This document shows, piece by piece, positions 39,865-53,400 of a stretch of 64,000 nt of DNA; position 1 is the first letter of the stretch; every line of letters begins with the position of its first letter. Location of the stretch: the NCBI GenBank assembly GCA_973851085.1, contig OZ316775.1:3038001-3102000 (forward strand), given 5' to 3'. Both the position numbers and the translations under genes were made by a program. The notes beneath the pieces are model-generated. The model was not told the DNA's origin. It searched no databases and saw nothing but the letters and a program-made list of their open reading frames with translations. This DNA comes from Ptychomitrium polyphyllum. Lineage: Eukaryota.

Positions 39865-42066
39865 TCAAACCCTTTCACTGTGGAAAGGTCCAGGACAGCC
39901 GTTCCACCCTTCCACACACTGCAGAAGCGGCCGGATCAACTTTCCCTCTGACATTGCCTCGAACACTTTCTCAATCTCCGTCCCGGGTGACACTGTCCTC
40001 AACCCCGACAACAACTGCGTGCCAAGCTCACTCCTCACAAACTTATACAACGGATAAGTCCTGCACTCCTCAATCCGATTACCCACTGACGAGATCCCCT
40101 TGGTGTCATACGCATCTCGCACTACTGGGATCACAGTCCGCAACCGCTCCTTCACCTCCGATTCAAATACCGGAACTCGCTCCAAGATTGAGCTCGACGC
40201 TTCCTTGTGCAGCTTGAGCGCATGGCTGATCAGCACAGCCCGCATCTTCTCCATCAACGGATAGCTCTCCGACGCCGCGTCGTCGATGTAGGTGAACACA
40301 GGTTGCCGCTCTACCACCAGCATGAGATCCTTTTCGCAGAACCGCGAGGGTAGAAGGATCCCATCACTGCCCATGAACAACGTTTTCTTCGCCACTTGGG
40401 AGACGACTTGCTTCACCGCGGTTTGCATTGTCTCCTCCACATGACGCAAATCGATGGCTTGACAGAGCCCAACCAAAAACGTAGAGGACATAAGCTTCAG
40501 AATCTCCACCGCTTCTTCGGTTTTGCGGGCCGAAATGAGGCCAAGAGAGTTCACGTCTTGGTTGTGCTGTTCGGCGCTTTGGACGTGGGTGGTGACCCGA
40601 TTAGCCAAATAGTTGAGCTCGCTGAGGTACGATGCCATAGCAATTTCGGCGCCCTTCATACCATAGTCGAGGCTAGGATTCGGGCCCCCACTCAGATTCG
40701 ACGGCAGGCCGTTGTTGTAGTAATCGTTCACTAGCTCACTGAACTGAGCAAACATGAGCTTTCCAATTGCCGCGACCGCGAGTCTCATGTTATCCATGGA
40801 GACACCAATCGGCGTCCCTTGGAAGTTCCCACCATGAAGTGCAATTCCTCGGGCTACATCGATGATGGGGTTATCGTTCACTGAGTTGATCTCCCGCTCG
40901 ATAGCGTGGGTAGCAGTTCTGATAACCTCGATATTAGGACCTAACCACTGAGGTGAAGTTCGAAGAGCGTACCGGTCCTGCTTCGGCTTCTTCAGCGGAT
41001 CCGTCTCGTTCAACTTCGCGGCGGCTTTCATGAAATCACTCCCGTCTAACAAAAACTCCATCACGGCGGCGGCTTCCATCTGACCAGGATGATGCTTCAG
41101 CTTGTGCGTCAATGGGTCAGCAAACTCCGGCTTTCCCTGCATCACCTCACAGAATAAGGCCGATGTCACTTCAGCCAAGAGTGCCAACAAATTCGCGTCG
41201 AAGCACACTGTCGAGGCCAAGGCAGAGCCAACGGCGGTACCGTTTACGAGAGCGAGCCCTTCCTTCGGCTGCAACTCAAAAGGCTTTTCCACGCCCGCGA
41301 TCCGAAGCGCCTCCATCGCATCCACCTCGCAACCATCCTTGGTAACAGCTCTGGAGTTCGGTCGCGCGGTGAGCAGCCCCGCGATGTAAGACAAGGGGAC
41401 GAGATCTCCCGAAGCCGTCACGGTTCCTCGCAACGGTAATCTGGGGGTGACATGAGCGTTGAGTAGCTTCTCCATTGCCTCGAGAATCTCCCACCGAATG
41501 CCAGAGTATCCTTGCATCAGCGTGTTGGTGCGCACCAGCATCGCTGCTCTCGTGGTATTGGCGGGCAAAGAATTCCCCTTCAATAAAACTCCAGCGTTTA
41601 GGAAGCGGATGAGCTCGCGCTGCAGCTCCACGCCCTGCTGAGTGCGACGGTGCGAGGTCGCGCCGAATCCCGTAGTGACGCCGTAAATGTCACCACCGTT
41701 CATGATCCTGTTGATCACCCAGTTGGAAGATTCATCGACTCGTGCCCTTGCATTCGCGGCGTCGAGCACGACTTGCACCTCGGATCTGCGGGCGATGGCT
41801 GTGACTTGACCTACTGTGAGGTTCACCCCCTCGATGGCGACCTCCGCCGAATCTAAGTAGGTTGCGACCATCTGCTTGATCTCCTCTAAATGATTACCCT
41901 GCAGCTTCGACGCCGTCTTCGCCCAGTTGAGCGGATCCGCAATCGCAGTAGAGTTACTCATCTGCGAGAACTCTTTGCAGTCCAAGGACTGGTCAGTGAT
42001 CTTCTGCTTCTTTATGTACATCGCCGTTGTGTCCTCCATCGTCGACATCACTGCTGGTGGCGCCAT
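39865..42066 (-). CDS. PAL: Phenylalanine ammonia-lyase, 733 aa, no intron in the CDS
   Basis: [34 protein letters not shown]-forming [46 protein letters not shown] and [12 protein letters not shown]. Confidence 0.99.
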   Translation of the reverse strand: MAPPAVMSTMEDTTAMYIKKQKITDQSLDCKEFSQMSNSTAIADPLNWAKTASKLQGNHLEEIKQMVATYLDSAEVAIEGVNLTVGQVTAIARRSEVQVVLDAANARARVDESSNWVINRIMNGGDIYGVTTGFGATSHRRTQQGVELQRELIRFLNAGVLLKGNSLPANTTRAAMLVRTNTLMQGYSGIRWEILEAMEKLLNAHVTPRLPLRGTVTASGDLVPLSYIAGLLTARPNSRAVTKDGCEVDAMEALRIAGVEKPFELQPKEGLALVNGTAVGSALASTVCFDANLLALLAEVTSALFCEVMQGKPEFADPLTHKLKHHPGQMEAAAVMEFLLDGSDFMKAAAKLNETDPLKKPKQDRYALRTSPQWLGPNIEVIRTATHAIEREINSVNDNPIIDVARGIALHGGNFQGTPIGVSMDNMRLAVAAIGKLMFAQFSELVNDYYNNGLPSNLSGGPNPSLDYGMKGAEIAMASYLSELNYLANRVTTHVQSAEQHNQDVNSLGLISARKTEEAVEILKLMSSTFLVGLCQAIDLRHVEETMQTAVKQVVSQVAKKTLFMGSDGILLPSRFCEKDLMLVVERQPVFTYIDDAASESYPLMEKMRAVLISHALKLHKEASSSILERVPVFESEVKERLRTVIPVVRDAYDTKGISSVGNRIEECRTYPLYKFVRSELGTQLLSGLRTVSPGTEIEKVFEAMSEGKLIRPLLQCVEGWNGCPGPFHSERV

Positions 42067-42074
42067 TGCCTAAT

Positions 42075-42620
42075 CTGCAGATCAATCGAACAATCGAGAA
42101 GCTAGCTAGCAGATCACTGGCTTGTGATGATAAGTTCGATCAGAAGATATTTTACTATCTTACGAAAGAGTTCAATATCAGGCTGAATTGGTAGGCTCTT
42201 AATCACCTGATTAAATCAATACATCAAGAAACTACAGGCCACTAGAAACAATTAATTGGCTGCTCAGAAGATGAGTAGAAGACCAGGAGATAAATGAGTA
42301 ACATAGTATAGAGAGCCTAGACGATGGATCAAGTTATGTGAGCTGAAACGTCAGACTGCGAATGATCTAGTGGTTGCAACTCCTCCAGTGTTGCAACTCC
42401 TCCAGAGAGATCTTGAGAGGGTCTGTGTTTTCGGAGGAAGGGCTGGAAGTGGAATGAGGGGACTGGATTGAGGTGGTTGGTTTTAATATGAAGGATTCAA
42501 GAGAGGAGCTGATATACTTCATTATGTCGTGGTTGACTGGTGGAAGTGAATCCATCAGGCATTCTGTTGAGTCCACGATGACGTCAATTTTCCACTGTTG
42601 TGCGACGACGTGGGAGTCTT
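42075..42620 (-). promoter_or_regulatory. PAL leader/promoter: predicted 5'UTR intron 42206-42075, AC element and ACGT boxes
   Basis: Minus-strand donor CAG|GTGA at 42206 and acceptor CTGCAG| 8 nt before the ATG. ACCAACC (AC-II-type MYB site) at 42475-42481, TGACGTCA at 42579-42586, CCACGTC at 42607-42613 and TGACGT at 42348-42353. Confidence 0.5.
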
Positions 42621-45600
42621 CCTTTTTGACCCTACTGTCGGGCAATGTCTTGGGGCTTGAATTTTTAGGGGGGTTTTGTTGAAAACTAGGGAGGAAAGTG
42701 GGGCCTTTGTTGAGCTTGACCTTGTGGAAAGGATGTTGATCACTGGAATAATCTCCTAAGGGTGTGAAACTTCTTCACTAGGATCGAGGGTTGCAGCACA
42801 CTTTGGTGGTTAATATTGGTTAATATTAGATCAGCACTGTGCGACTACAACACTTTAGTGACTGGTAAATGTTGGTCATGGCTTGGGGGAAATGCTTGAC
42901 CCACTTTATTGTTTCATGCCGTGCTGCTAAGTTCAAATTAGGCCTCTTTTCACCTTCTCCTGAAGCAAAATATTATTCATGCAAAGACATGGGTGTTTTA
43001 GGCAAAGGCAATATTTTAAAAGGATATTTAAAATAATATTTTGGTGGAAGAGGGTTTCTCCTTTTCTTGTCAATAAGTTGTTGGGTCACTATTTCGAGAA
43101 CATTTCCAAAACAATTTACAAAAAGATTTCATATGATAATTGTTGTCATATAGACAAATAAGTCATTTTCTCATTCATTTTTAATTAGTTTATCCATAGG
43201 TAACAAGACTAGGTGTAAAGTCTTGTTTAATAATTCAACTTTTTAATTAATTATATTGCTAAAATTCTCTAAATATGGAAAAAAAATCTTTATCCATGGG
43301 CAAGGGGAAGGTGTTAAGAGGCCCTTACATACACCATGTCACCTGCAACATTGGTATGGTGACCTGTCTGTCCTATTTTGTTCTCTTCATTTTGCAAAGT
43401 TGTACTGACTCAAATGTGTACTCTTTCCTCAGCCAGGTTTTTCTTTTGCTGGGACTCTTCATGGGAATGATGTGTCATACTAATGCTGCCCTAGTATATG
43501 AGCATATGCCTGAGTGGGTCCAACTACCTCAGTTCTTCAGTCTGCAATTGTTCCATAAAATACCCATCTCATCTCCCATGCAGTGCAAGGAGGGTTGAAT
43601 ATGCTGCAGATTGTGAACTGTGTGCATGTGTATTGTTCACTGTCACATCTCTCAAAGCAGCCTGAGCACTGAGAAAGTGCACCTTTCAAACTTCAGGTCA
43701 AAGGTTCTGAAAAAGAGAAACCCTTTCTGAGATCTCTGTAACTGTAGACCCTTCCGTGTCATTATGTCACAATACAAAGTTGTAGAAGTTCTGCCCACCA
43801 GCAGTTTAACAAGTTCAAACTTGGTTTGTGGGTCTTGAAATCCTACCAACTTTTTAATTGCATATCTCATATTAATCAACTGCTATCTTATTCATTTAGA
43901 TCTTTTGATAACATTATATCATTGTATAAACTTGATAAAAAGCCATTTTGACATTAGGATCTTTATATTCTAATTGGAAATAAGAAGAAATAATTGATAG
44001 GTAAATTGTAAACAAAAGGTTGGAGGATAATAAAAAAAATTGTACAAAAATTAAATGCATTTATGACTGAGATGCCTGTGGACAAAACTTTTTCATTTGG
44101 ACAAAACTTTTTCATTTCAACTTTGACAAAAAATAATAATCATCAACAATAGCCTATGCATGCTTTTTTACATGAGTCAATGTTATAAAATCATTGATTT
44201 TAATTTTATTAGAAGGTATTGCATTTCAATCTAAGGATTTTGTTTTTAGGAAAATTCTTGGAATCACTAAAGTCAAAAGATAAATTTTGCACAAAATAAT
44301 TATGTTTTTAGAAAGATTGTCACATGTCTCTTGAAATTACTTGAACTTTCTAATACCATATTCACTATAATGGAACAAAGTAGCAATCATGGGACTATTT
44401 AACAATTGCATAATTAGTGGACAATAGTAACATTTGGGACTTAAAAATTTTCCAATATAATAAATATAGTATTTTTTTAAAGTTTATATAAAAATTGCCT
44501 TTTTGGCAACTAATACCAAAGCTTCTTCTTGAAGTTTGACCAAAATAAAAGATCATATAATATTAATTGTCTTAACTTCCAAAGGATCAAATATCACTGC
44601 TTAAATTTGAATATTGCAATGAGAATTATATCCATAAATCTAATATTAAGTAATAATGCCATACTTCTTATAAATGCCTATATTACATACTTGAATGGAT
44701 TATAATCTACAATATTCAACTAAATGCATCCTTACAAACTGAAATCTTCAATCAAATTTTCAATCCCAATCACATAATATGAATGTAGAATTTTAAAAAT
44801 CAAATTTAAGGTAAAATTCTAATTTGCTTGCAAAAAGAACCAAATTTGAATTCAACTTTGAGCTTAATCTTTCAATCTTTTCATTTCCTTTTGTACAATT
44901 TAAATGAAGAATTTAATCAAAGATAAGAGTTTATAAAGATCCATATATTCAAGTAATGAAGCTTGTAGTTTTTTCAATTATAAAAAACAACCATTCACAC
45001 AAGTATTGCAAATAACAATAGATGAAACTAGTTGATTTTCATCTTTTGACCTTGTCACATAACATGGCATTGATTGCTAAGTCACATCAAATGGATGCAA
45101 TATAATCTAGTTTAGGAAGTTTTTCATCTATTAGTGTAAATTCCATGTTGATTGACAATTAGAATTTTGAAAAGGTTTTAAGTGGAGAAAATTCCTTAAT
45201 TTGGTATTTTTTGCAAGTCAAATTTTATGTGAATTTTGAGGAAAAGATGAAGACCTTGTTAAGATTTGCTTATAGATGATGATGTAACCATTTGATAAAG
45301 CTTAGATTTCCATTTAAGACATGCATACTTAGATTCTCCTTTTATAGAATAAGAAGTAACTTAATTTTTATAATTGTAATTAATTTTTTGTTCCTTGAAG
45401 GATTTATTTGTGATGTTTTCTTATTTGGTTTCATTCATTTCCATATACAATGATTATGGTACCTAATCTATTGTATATGGAAATTTTTATTTACACAATA
45501 ACCTTCATATTTTGCATTTTGTATTTTCAATGCTTCATATTATTGGAAAATTAAATATATTAAAATACAAATTTTAATCTAAGGCTTTTTAAATTTTCTT

Positions 45601-45937
45601 CAAGCACATCTATTAAGGTACATCTAATTTTCATAAGTTGATTGTTGATACTTTAATTTGTGCACAATGTCCTTGCATTTTTTCCTACTTGGATAAGTAG
45701 TATTATTACTTCCTTCATCTTTGCCTTCCTATAGATAAGCGTCTTATCTATGACAAAGTGTTGCATATTTAAAAACACAAACATCACGTATACATGAGAT
45801 TTATTTTGAAATAAAAAATGTAATATAAGAATTAAGTAATGTGTCAAAATTGTTTTATTGGAGCTATACCAAGATTTATCAAATTAAGCACAATAAATCA
45901 AAATTCAACATAAATTGCACACAATATCTTAGACATT

Positions 45938-46087
45938 TGCAAATTATGATGATTTAAGTTGTGATGCAAATTATGATGATTTAAGTTGTGATGCAAATTG
46001 TGATGATTTAAGTTGTGATGCAAATTGTGATGATTTAAGTTGTGATGCAAATTGTGATGATTTAAGTTGTGATGCAAATTGTGATGA
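45938..46087. repeat. 27-bp minisatellite, ~5.5 copies
   Basis: Unit tgcaaatt(a/g)tgatgatttaagttgtga; the first two copies have A and later copies have G. Confidence 0.97.
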
Positions 46088-47677
46088 AACTAAAGAATTC
46101 AAAACAAACACAAAGGGTTCCTTTCGGACTCAGTGGAACATCATTCTGTGAAATGTAGGAAAAAGTGTCCTATGAGAAGTAGAAGTAATGGACCTCAAAA
46201 AGAGTATCCATTAAGCATCTCAAACTGAAGTCATGTACAGGACAGTAACTGGTTTAGTTGTCAACTGACACCTCCTTCTCTCTCCCCTGAGTCTGATGTC
46301 TGCCCCATTCATTCATTCCACAGTAGCCATAGCCATGTCCAGCTTTATCATGGCCATCACTTACGTTGCCATAGTCATGCATGGCCATGGCCACCACACG
46401 CCTTACTACATGCAGTCTGCAGAAATCTCAGGGACTGGTCCATTCTTTCTGCTGTTCACTACGGCCAGGATGACATTCCTCTTCATGTATGGTAATCAGG
46501 GATTAGTTTGTGCAATGTGAGAATCTGTATTGGAGAACATGGTGAGAATGGAAGCATTCATAGTGGGAGTAGAAGTCCACGGCCAAGGTCCCAACTTTCA
46601 AGGATTTCTGCTGAAAGTGGTGAAGCTGCTGGTGCATCCTGTGATTTCCCATGATTGGAGACAACAGTTACATATATGTATAGTACGTTGAAAGGAGGGG
46701 AGTTCGTTTAGAAGCTTTCAAAGTAGGTGCACGATCACCTTGGTTACATTGAGTAAGTAAGAGGAGATCTCGGACGTTGCTAGGTGGTCCAGATTGATGG
46801 GCTCTGATTAGGACTATTGGGTAATTTCGAAGTCAAGAATGTCTAATTCGAGATGTTGAAAAGCAGACATGTAGGTACAGCCTCGAGGAATGTGTTCAGA
46901 TTCTGAAGCCTTAAGCCATCAAGAGGCCGTTTTATCATTGGAACAGTAACCAGATTGTGAAATTCATTGATCATTTACTTCAAACCCTATAGACTAATCA
47001 GTTCTTTCTGAATAGGCAGGGTTGTATCCGCTTGCTGCTTTTTACAAATGCGATTTGTTTGACGTTCTGAGATGGGCGAAGAAGATCGTTTAGAATGCTC
47101 AATCATGCTCTGCATCACACAAGCTTAACATGTAGTTTGCGACATGCTCTGCATATGCAAACTGACGTAAATCCTCTGCCATTTTGTGAAGTCACAACTC
47201 GACGTCAATCCTCTGGCTTACCGCTGCAATCCTAGGCAATAGAGGCAGTAAAAGTGCGCGTACATATGATCATATGTTATAGGAGCCAACGTGGTTTCTT
47301 GGATCTTAATATCTTTGTTGCTGACTCATAGGCGAGCAGCCAGGTGTTTATAGGTAAAATTCAATAATAATGATGACGTTTCCGAACACTTTCGTGAGTT
47401 CAAAATGCACATTTGTAGTTGTTTGAAGTAAAAAGTGTTTTTCCATGCTTGTGTTAAGTGAGTGGGATATCTAATAGTCAGGAGCGTATATATATACTTT
47501 CCAATCGTTCTCCTCTCCTTAAGCTCTTGCCCTAGCACTCCGGTGTTCGCTTGATTGCACGAGTTTGTGTTGGAGTATATCATGTGCTCTTTTCCCCACA
47601 GGGTGATGGAGAAAGCGAGAGGTGAAAGTGATAAATATGACTAGTAACTGGCAGATGATAGCAAGGGCTACTCCAAC

Positions 47678-50457
47678 ATGGGCTTTCAGTCCAACTCCTC
47701 GTATGATTCTTGTACCAAACGGTCAACCTCCAACGTAAGTTTATGCTCTGTATGTCACTGCCCTCTTGAGCGCATCGTAGAACAGATAGAATGTCGAAAT
47801 GACAGTAAAATCTCGAATAATTCCTCTTACGTTATAACCTTCATCTTTTACAGTCGGATGCGACAATCTACTTATGGGTTTCTTATTACCATTCAAGAAC
47901 ATCAACTTTGGCTGTTCACATAATTTAGGCTCTTTCATCATTGAGGAGGCCTTATGTTATTCAATCACATTATAGTTTTAGTGGTGAAATCTGAAACCGC
48001 ATTGACAGGATTTATTCTCAAAATATTCATCCTACTAATATAAATGTGTGGTTGCAGACTGATGTCTTCGATAAATCAGAAGCTTTGGATCGAGAGCGAC
48101 TGGAGGTTGCATGTTTGCGCCAAGACATTATTGACGAGTATGAGAAGAAAAGCGCGCAGCTTCTTAAATACCTGGATTCCATGGAATGTGCATTTGACCA
48201 CCAAAGATCCGAGTACGAGGACCGAGAAACAAACCTGAGAAGGGAGACCGAAGAGCTTAGGCATGACCTAGCACATGGCTGCAGGTACGATGTCCAATTA
48301 AGGGTATGCGTGCGACTGAAAACAAAAACAACAGTCTTAGCAATTTACTTAGAAAATTCTCGTGTTTGCACAAGCTAACAAATTTACTACTTTTTAAGCA
48401 TTGTAGGTCACTCTTTGTTGCCCTTGCAGACCGTTTTTTTAGGTTTTGCATTTCATCTCAGTGTTCTGGTCATAGATTTCACACTGATTTAAGAATAGGT
48501 CCTTATTGGTTCATGCAGGGCACATGTAGCTGAGCTCCTTGTGAAGGAGCAGGAACGAGAGGAGAAAGCTCAACACGTCGTTCAAGCGGTGCAAATCCTG
48601 AAACTTGAGATGAAAGAGAAGGAGAGGATTGTCCAGAAAGAACATAAGAAGGCTAAGGTTAGATGGCTGATTCTCTCATCTGCACATTTTTTTATTGAGT
48701 TACCACAACTGACTTACATCAGGGCAGGGTGTATGTCATGCTGAGGATAAAAGGCGAGAATCTTAAGATCAAATATTAAAATTATGATGGTGGCCTTAAA
48801 GCTATGATTTGGAATGAAGGGAGATAACCTTCTCTAATATATAGTTTTGTAAGATGCATAATTAACAAAAGTGTAGACAATTAGATCTTAAAAATGGTAA
48901 TGCAACACTGTTGTCTAAAAATTACTTCCTTTTGTCCTTTCTATTATCTTCATTGATCCAACTTCTAATCTCTCTTTTGTTCTACACTTGGGTGCTTTAG
49001 TGCTTATTCATAGATGAATAGTGTAATATTCCTTTGTAGCCACAAATTTGAAGTTTTGGTAAAAGATGCAAGATCTATAAAAAGATTTGAAGATAATGAC
49101 AAACCAGTACTTTAGATTATTCCACAACTTAGTATAGACTAATTGTTACTCTAATTTTGCTTTAAGAGGAATTTTGTATGTGTTTGTTAAAACTTCCCTC
49201 TTTTCCAACAACCCCAATGTGTACTTCATCCGCGCGTGGTTTCGTTCATACCATTTAGGCATGCATGAGTTTTTTAACACATCTTTTGATTTGAATACTG
49301 CAGGAGCTGCAGGATATGTTGGAAGACCTGCAATTGACGCTTGAGAAGAAAGAAGAGGAGCATGAAAGTGCGAGGAGGCGTGAGGAGAGAACGCGGAAGC
49401 ACATTGAGGATGAGAATGAGGAACTCCGACGAAAAGCTGCCCTCGGCTGGATGCTTGGTTGCTTATCAGGTATACCACCGTCACACAACCCCAAGAAATT
49501 TTGAAGCACGTTCAATTTTGAAGGCTGCAGAATACTACCAGAATAAATTCACTCTTGATGATTAGTGAGATGTATGTGTTTGTTTTGTGGCAGAACTTTA
49601 TTTGCGGCTGGACCCTGAGATTGGAACTGGGGGAATAATGAAGCTAGTGCGGAAAGTCCAGCGAGAGTTAGAATGCGGGAATCAGGTTTTCAGCATAGGA
49701 GGTATGATGCCTCCAAAATTGGAGTATGAGCTGATTCAAAGGCAGATCCGGAGGCTGGTAAATGCTAGCGTCCCCATACGACCAGATTTAACAGAAAAAA
49801 TTCGTACAAGTGTCTCCATGCTGAGGACCAACAAGACAAAAGAATTTACAGGCGAGCTTCCAGGTGATCGTCGGAAGAAGCTTCGGCTTAATAAACGTCT
49901 TCGCGACCAGGAGACAGCACTGAGAAGCATTTCTGCACCTTCGCCACTGTAAGTCTTGCAACACAATCAAGCAAATTTAGACTCGTGCAAACTAAGGAAC
50001 TTAACCAAGGATCTTAACATGCTTCTTAATATCTAAATTAAGTGCTCCCAAGTTCATGATTAACTTTACTCTTGTAGGTATTTAGCACGTAATCAAGGTG
50101 CATCCTCGGAATTCTTGCAAACCCTATTAACCTTCCTCTATCGTGTCATGCTGCCCAATTGCTTTGTGATATCTATTTTGCAGGCCTCCAAGACGGGAGG
50201 CTTCTGCCTGCCAACCGTTTACTCTGAGAGACCACCCCAAACAAAAGCAACATATGGCATGTCACCAGGACGTACAGAAGAGAAGCTCAGGGACCTGGGC
50301 AGAGGCGAGGCTCCTGGAAGTGGATCAGATTACCAAGCCTGCCAAGCAAACTTCTTATCACGAGATAAAGAAGATTCTGCAGGGGCTGGAGAGTAGCATG
50401 ACCTACCTCTTGGGCCAAGAAAGGCGGCGTCGATTATATAATCAGCGAAGGATATGA
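47678..50457 (+). CDS. Uncharacterised coiled-coil protein, ~405 aa; exons 47678-47734, 48058-48284, 48519-48657, 49304-49469, 49594-49948, 50184-50457
   Basis: Six GT-AG exons join in frame (1218 nt). The N-terminal half is E/K/R/L-rich and heptad-like (ELQDMLEDLQLTLEKKEEEHESARRREE). No family recognised and the start codon is uncertain. Confidence 0.75.
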
Positions 50458-53400
50458 TCTTAGAACTTTGCCAACCTCGATTCTGTACATATTTATCTGA
50501 GTGGGTTCAAAAGTGAGCTCTGGAAGACCATTCGTCTTGGATTTGAATCATTACTTGTGGTGGGTGATTCCAAAGATTGAATGCCACAATCATGTAACCT
50601 GTTGGTCTTTCTACATCGAAGCAAGTAGTGTGACCCCTTTTGGAATCAGGAACTTCGTCATTTTAATTGATGCCGAACACTGACTTACCTTTTTAACTAA
50701 TCACCTAAGGTCAGTTTAATGCATAGCTTTCAAGGAGCTTGTTCACCTGGTTGATGGCAAATATATCGATCAGTAGGAATGCCGATTAATGACTTTGATA
50801 TATCATGTTTTAAAGCTGTCAACGGGCAGAATAGATGGTAGGTCGGAGTCCTGTAGACATCAAGAAGCCTATATCGAGGGGGATTGCCTTTACCTCACTA
50901 AGCTCACTTGGACATTTTCTGAAAGTTTTGGTTGGCTTGATCTTGCTTTGCCTGAATGATTTTTGATGTTATAACAATGGCAACAGCAACTGGCCAGACG
51001 AGTAATGTGTGGGAGCCAGTCATCTCTAATTTATGTGTTTCAAATACCGCATTTATTTGCTATATAAAGGTCGTAATCATGAAGGAAGGCGACCAGTGCG
51101 GACATTTAACGCACGTTTATTTATATACAATTGATTTCAAAACTCCTAAAACCCTAAACAAGAAAACCAAAACTCAATGGCCCTATGAAAGTAATATTGG
51201 ACTTGAAAATCTCTTACAATATACAATGCATGGGTGATTTCTATGCTGTTGGTGCAACGTTCAAGGGCACCTTTCTAAAAGGGCCACCAAGATGTGTATT
51301 CCATGATGATACATTTTCACATCTTCAAGCTGGAGCAAAAAAGCAGGCATCTGATAGTTCCCAGTCACAAAATTCTGTTGCCTCTAAAATGCCATCTGAG
51401 CATCCAATTGAGTATTGTCAATATGTTTTGTGAAAGCATTGCTGGTTGTAGGGATAACTTGATATGCTTGGTTATAGAATACAATCAGTTGTTGCACTAT
51501 GATGCTGTCTCAGGCACAGGGCGCCCAGTGCTTTCTGGGAAGGTAAAACAGGCCGCATCATCTTTGGAAATGCACCCATTTTACACTTTAAAGGGAGTTG
51601 CCTATGTACAGTAAATGATATACTAAAATATTCATAATATGCTAAAATATTAACTGAATTCAAGTTTCAATCATTTCAGTATGCATTAATTAAAACATCC
51701 ATCTAACAATTCAAAACTACTCATATTTGTTGAAGGAGCCTGACTTTAGTATGTCATACATTCCTACTTTACACTTGAAGCCTTGATCTGCCTCATTTTC
51801 TTAATATATTAACCTTAATTGAATAATACTTCTTTGAAATTGCAATTTATTAGTATATATGTCAATAATGCACAATTTATTTAAGACGTAGTATTGAGGG
51901 GAAATAGGATAAGATTACAGTAAGTGGTAAATGAAAAAATTTCAAGAACAAAAATTTAAAAGGATTTATGAAGCATTTATCAAAGATAGGAAAAAATAAT
52001 GAAGCATGTTAATTAGAATATGTGCACAGATGGATGAATTTTTTTTTTAATTATGATTTTTAGAAAATTAAATTAAAATGTAATATTTGTGCTACTTTAG
52101 ATGTTTAACATTAAAGAAGATCAACTACTAAAAGAAATTCTATTCATTAATTCATAGAATTTGTGGTATTTTCTCCATAATAAAATAACTTATTAACAAT
52201 GTTTCTTGTAAAAAGTAAATTCTTTCAAATACTTTGGAATAAGTTATTTGTCTAAAATCTTCATACAAAATGATTTTGAGCAAATTGAATTTCCTCAAAG
52301 TATTTGGAAAAATCAAGTCATTAAAATTTTGTTTTTCATTAGTTACATTTGGTTTCCTAATGAATTCATTATTAATACCTTTATTAGTTAGCAATCATAT
52401 TTTAATAAATGCTATAGTTCCAAAATAAATGAAATTTTAAGCTAAATTTGATAAGAGCCATAAACATGATTAAGACAAGATTTGACATCTTAAGCAATTT
52501 GTTAGTATTAATTTTGATATACATGCTTGAAAAACTTACTTCTATACATAATTTGAAAAAGATTATAAAAAAATACTTGTTGTTATAGTTGTTTTCAAAA
52601 AATGAGGCCTTATGATTATCAATCAAGTAATTTGTAGAAGCCTCCCATAGATAATTAAATAGGTATAATGATGAAAAATATTTGTAGAAAGGAAGTATAG
52701 AATATTAATGTTGTGTTGAAATTTTGACTATATTTCCTATCATTTATTGATTTTAATGAATTAATTATAAAATAATTTTAAACTATTGGATATAAATATT
52801 AGTTGCAATGACAATTCTAGCAAAAAAAAATTTAATTCATTGTTTTTAATTATTAAAAATACCTTTGCAAAGCATGTATTTTTAAGTTTGTTAAGTTTGA
52901 AGATTTTTTACCAGATGTACTTGTTTTACTTAACACAATTTTTATTACATATGAAAAGATCTTTTTAATTTGTTTTAACTTATGCAATGTCTTTGATGTA
53001 TATTTTGGAGCTTTTTATTGAAATCAACTTGCAAGTTTTTCCAAAAACCTTATATTTAATTAACAAGTAAAATATATATTAAAGATGGATGTTATGAACT
53101 CTATGTAATATCATGTTTTATAAACCTTTATAGATATACAAAATCCAAATTATTAAGTATTCATACAATTAGATACAACCATAATATAATCATGTGCATA
53201 ATAAAGCACATATATATAGATCTTTATAGAAAAAAAATTAAAAAATTAAAAACTTATAAAATTGAAAGATTAAAATTTGCACATTAGTTAGATTAGTATT
53301 ACGATACAATTTTATACATACTAAATAAGAACTTAATACATATGTGTAATTTAAAAATTATAAAATGATTTGAAAATTATGATTTAATTAATGAGATCAA

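Noticed and set aside
20187..42066. Cell-wall or phenylpropanoid gene cluster (KOR plus PAL)
   Set aside because: The two genes are separated by unrelated plastid-type genes and no other pathway enzymes are present, so proximity is probably incidental.
39803..42105. Multiple plus-strand ORFs overlapping PAL (and similar antisense ORFs over KOR, copia and the 30/37-kb exons)
   Set aside because: These are shadow ORFs expected opposite coding sequence, with no independent motifs.
45938..46087. CRISPR-like array (also 56588-56681)
   Set aside because: Head-to-tail repeats with no unique spacers, no cas genes, and a eukaryotic context.
46296..46520. His-rich or hydrophobic 74-aa ORF
   Set aside because: It arises from low-complexity GCCAT repeats, with no recognisable family or supporting exon structure.
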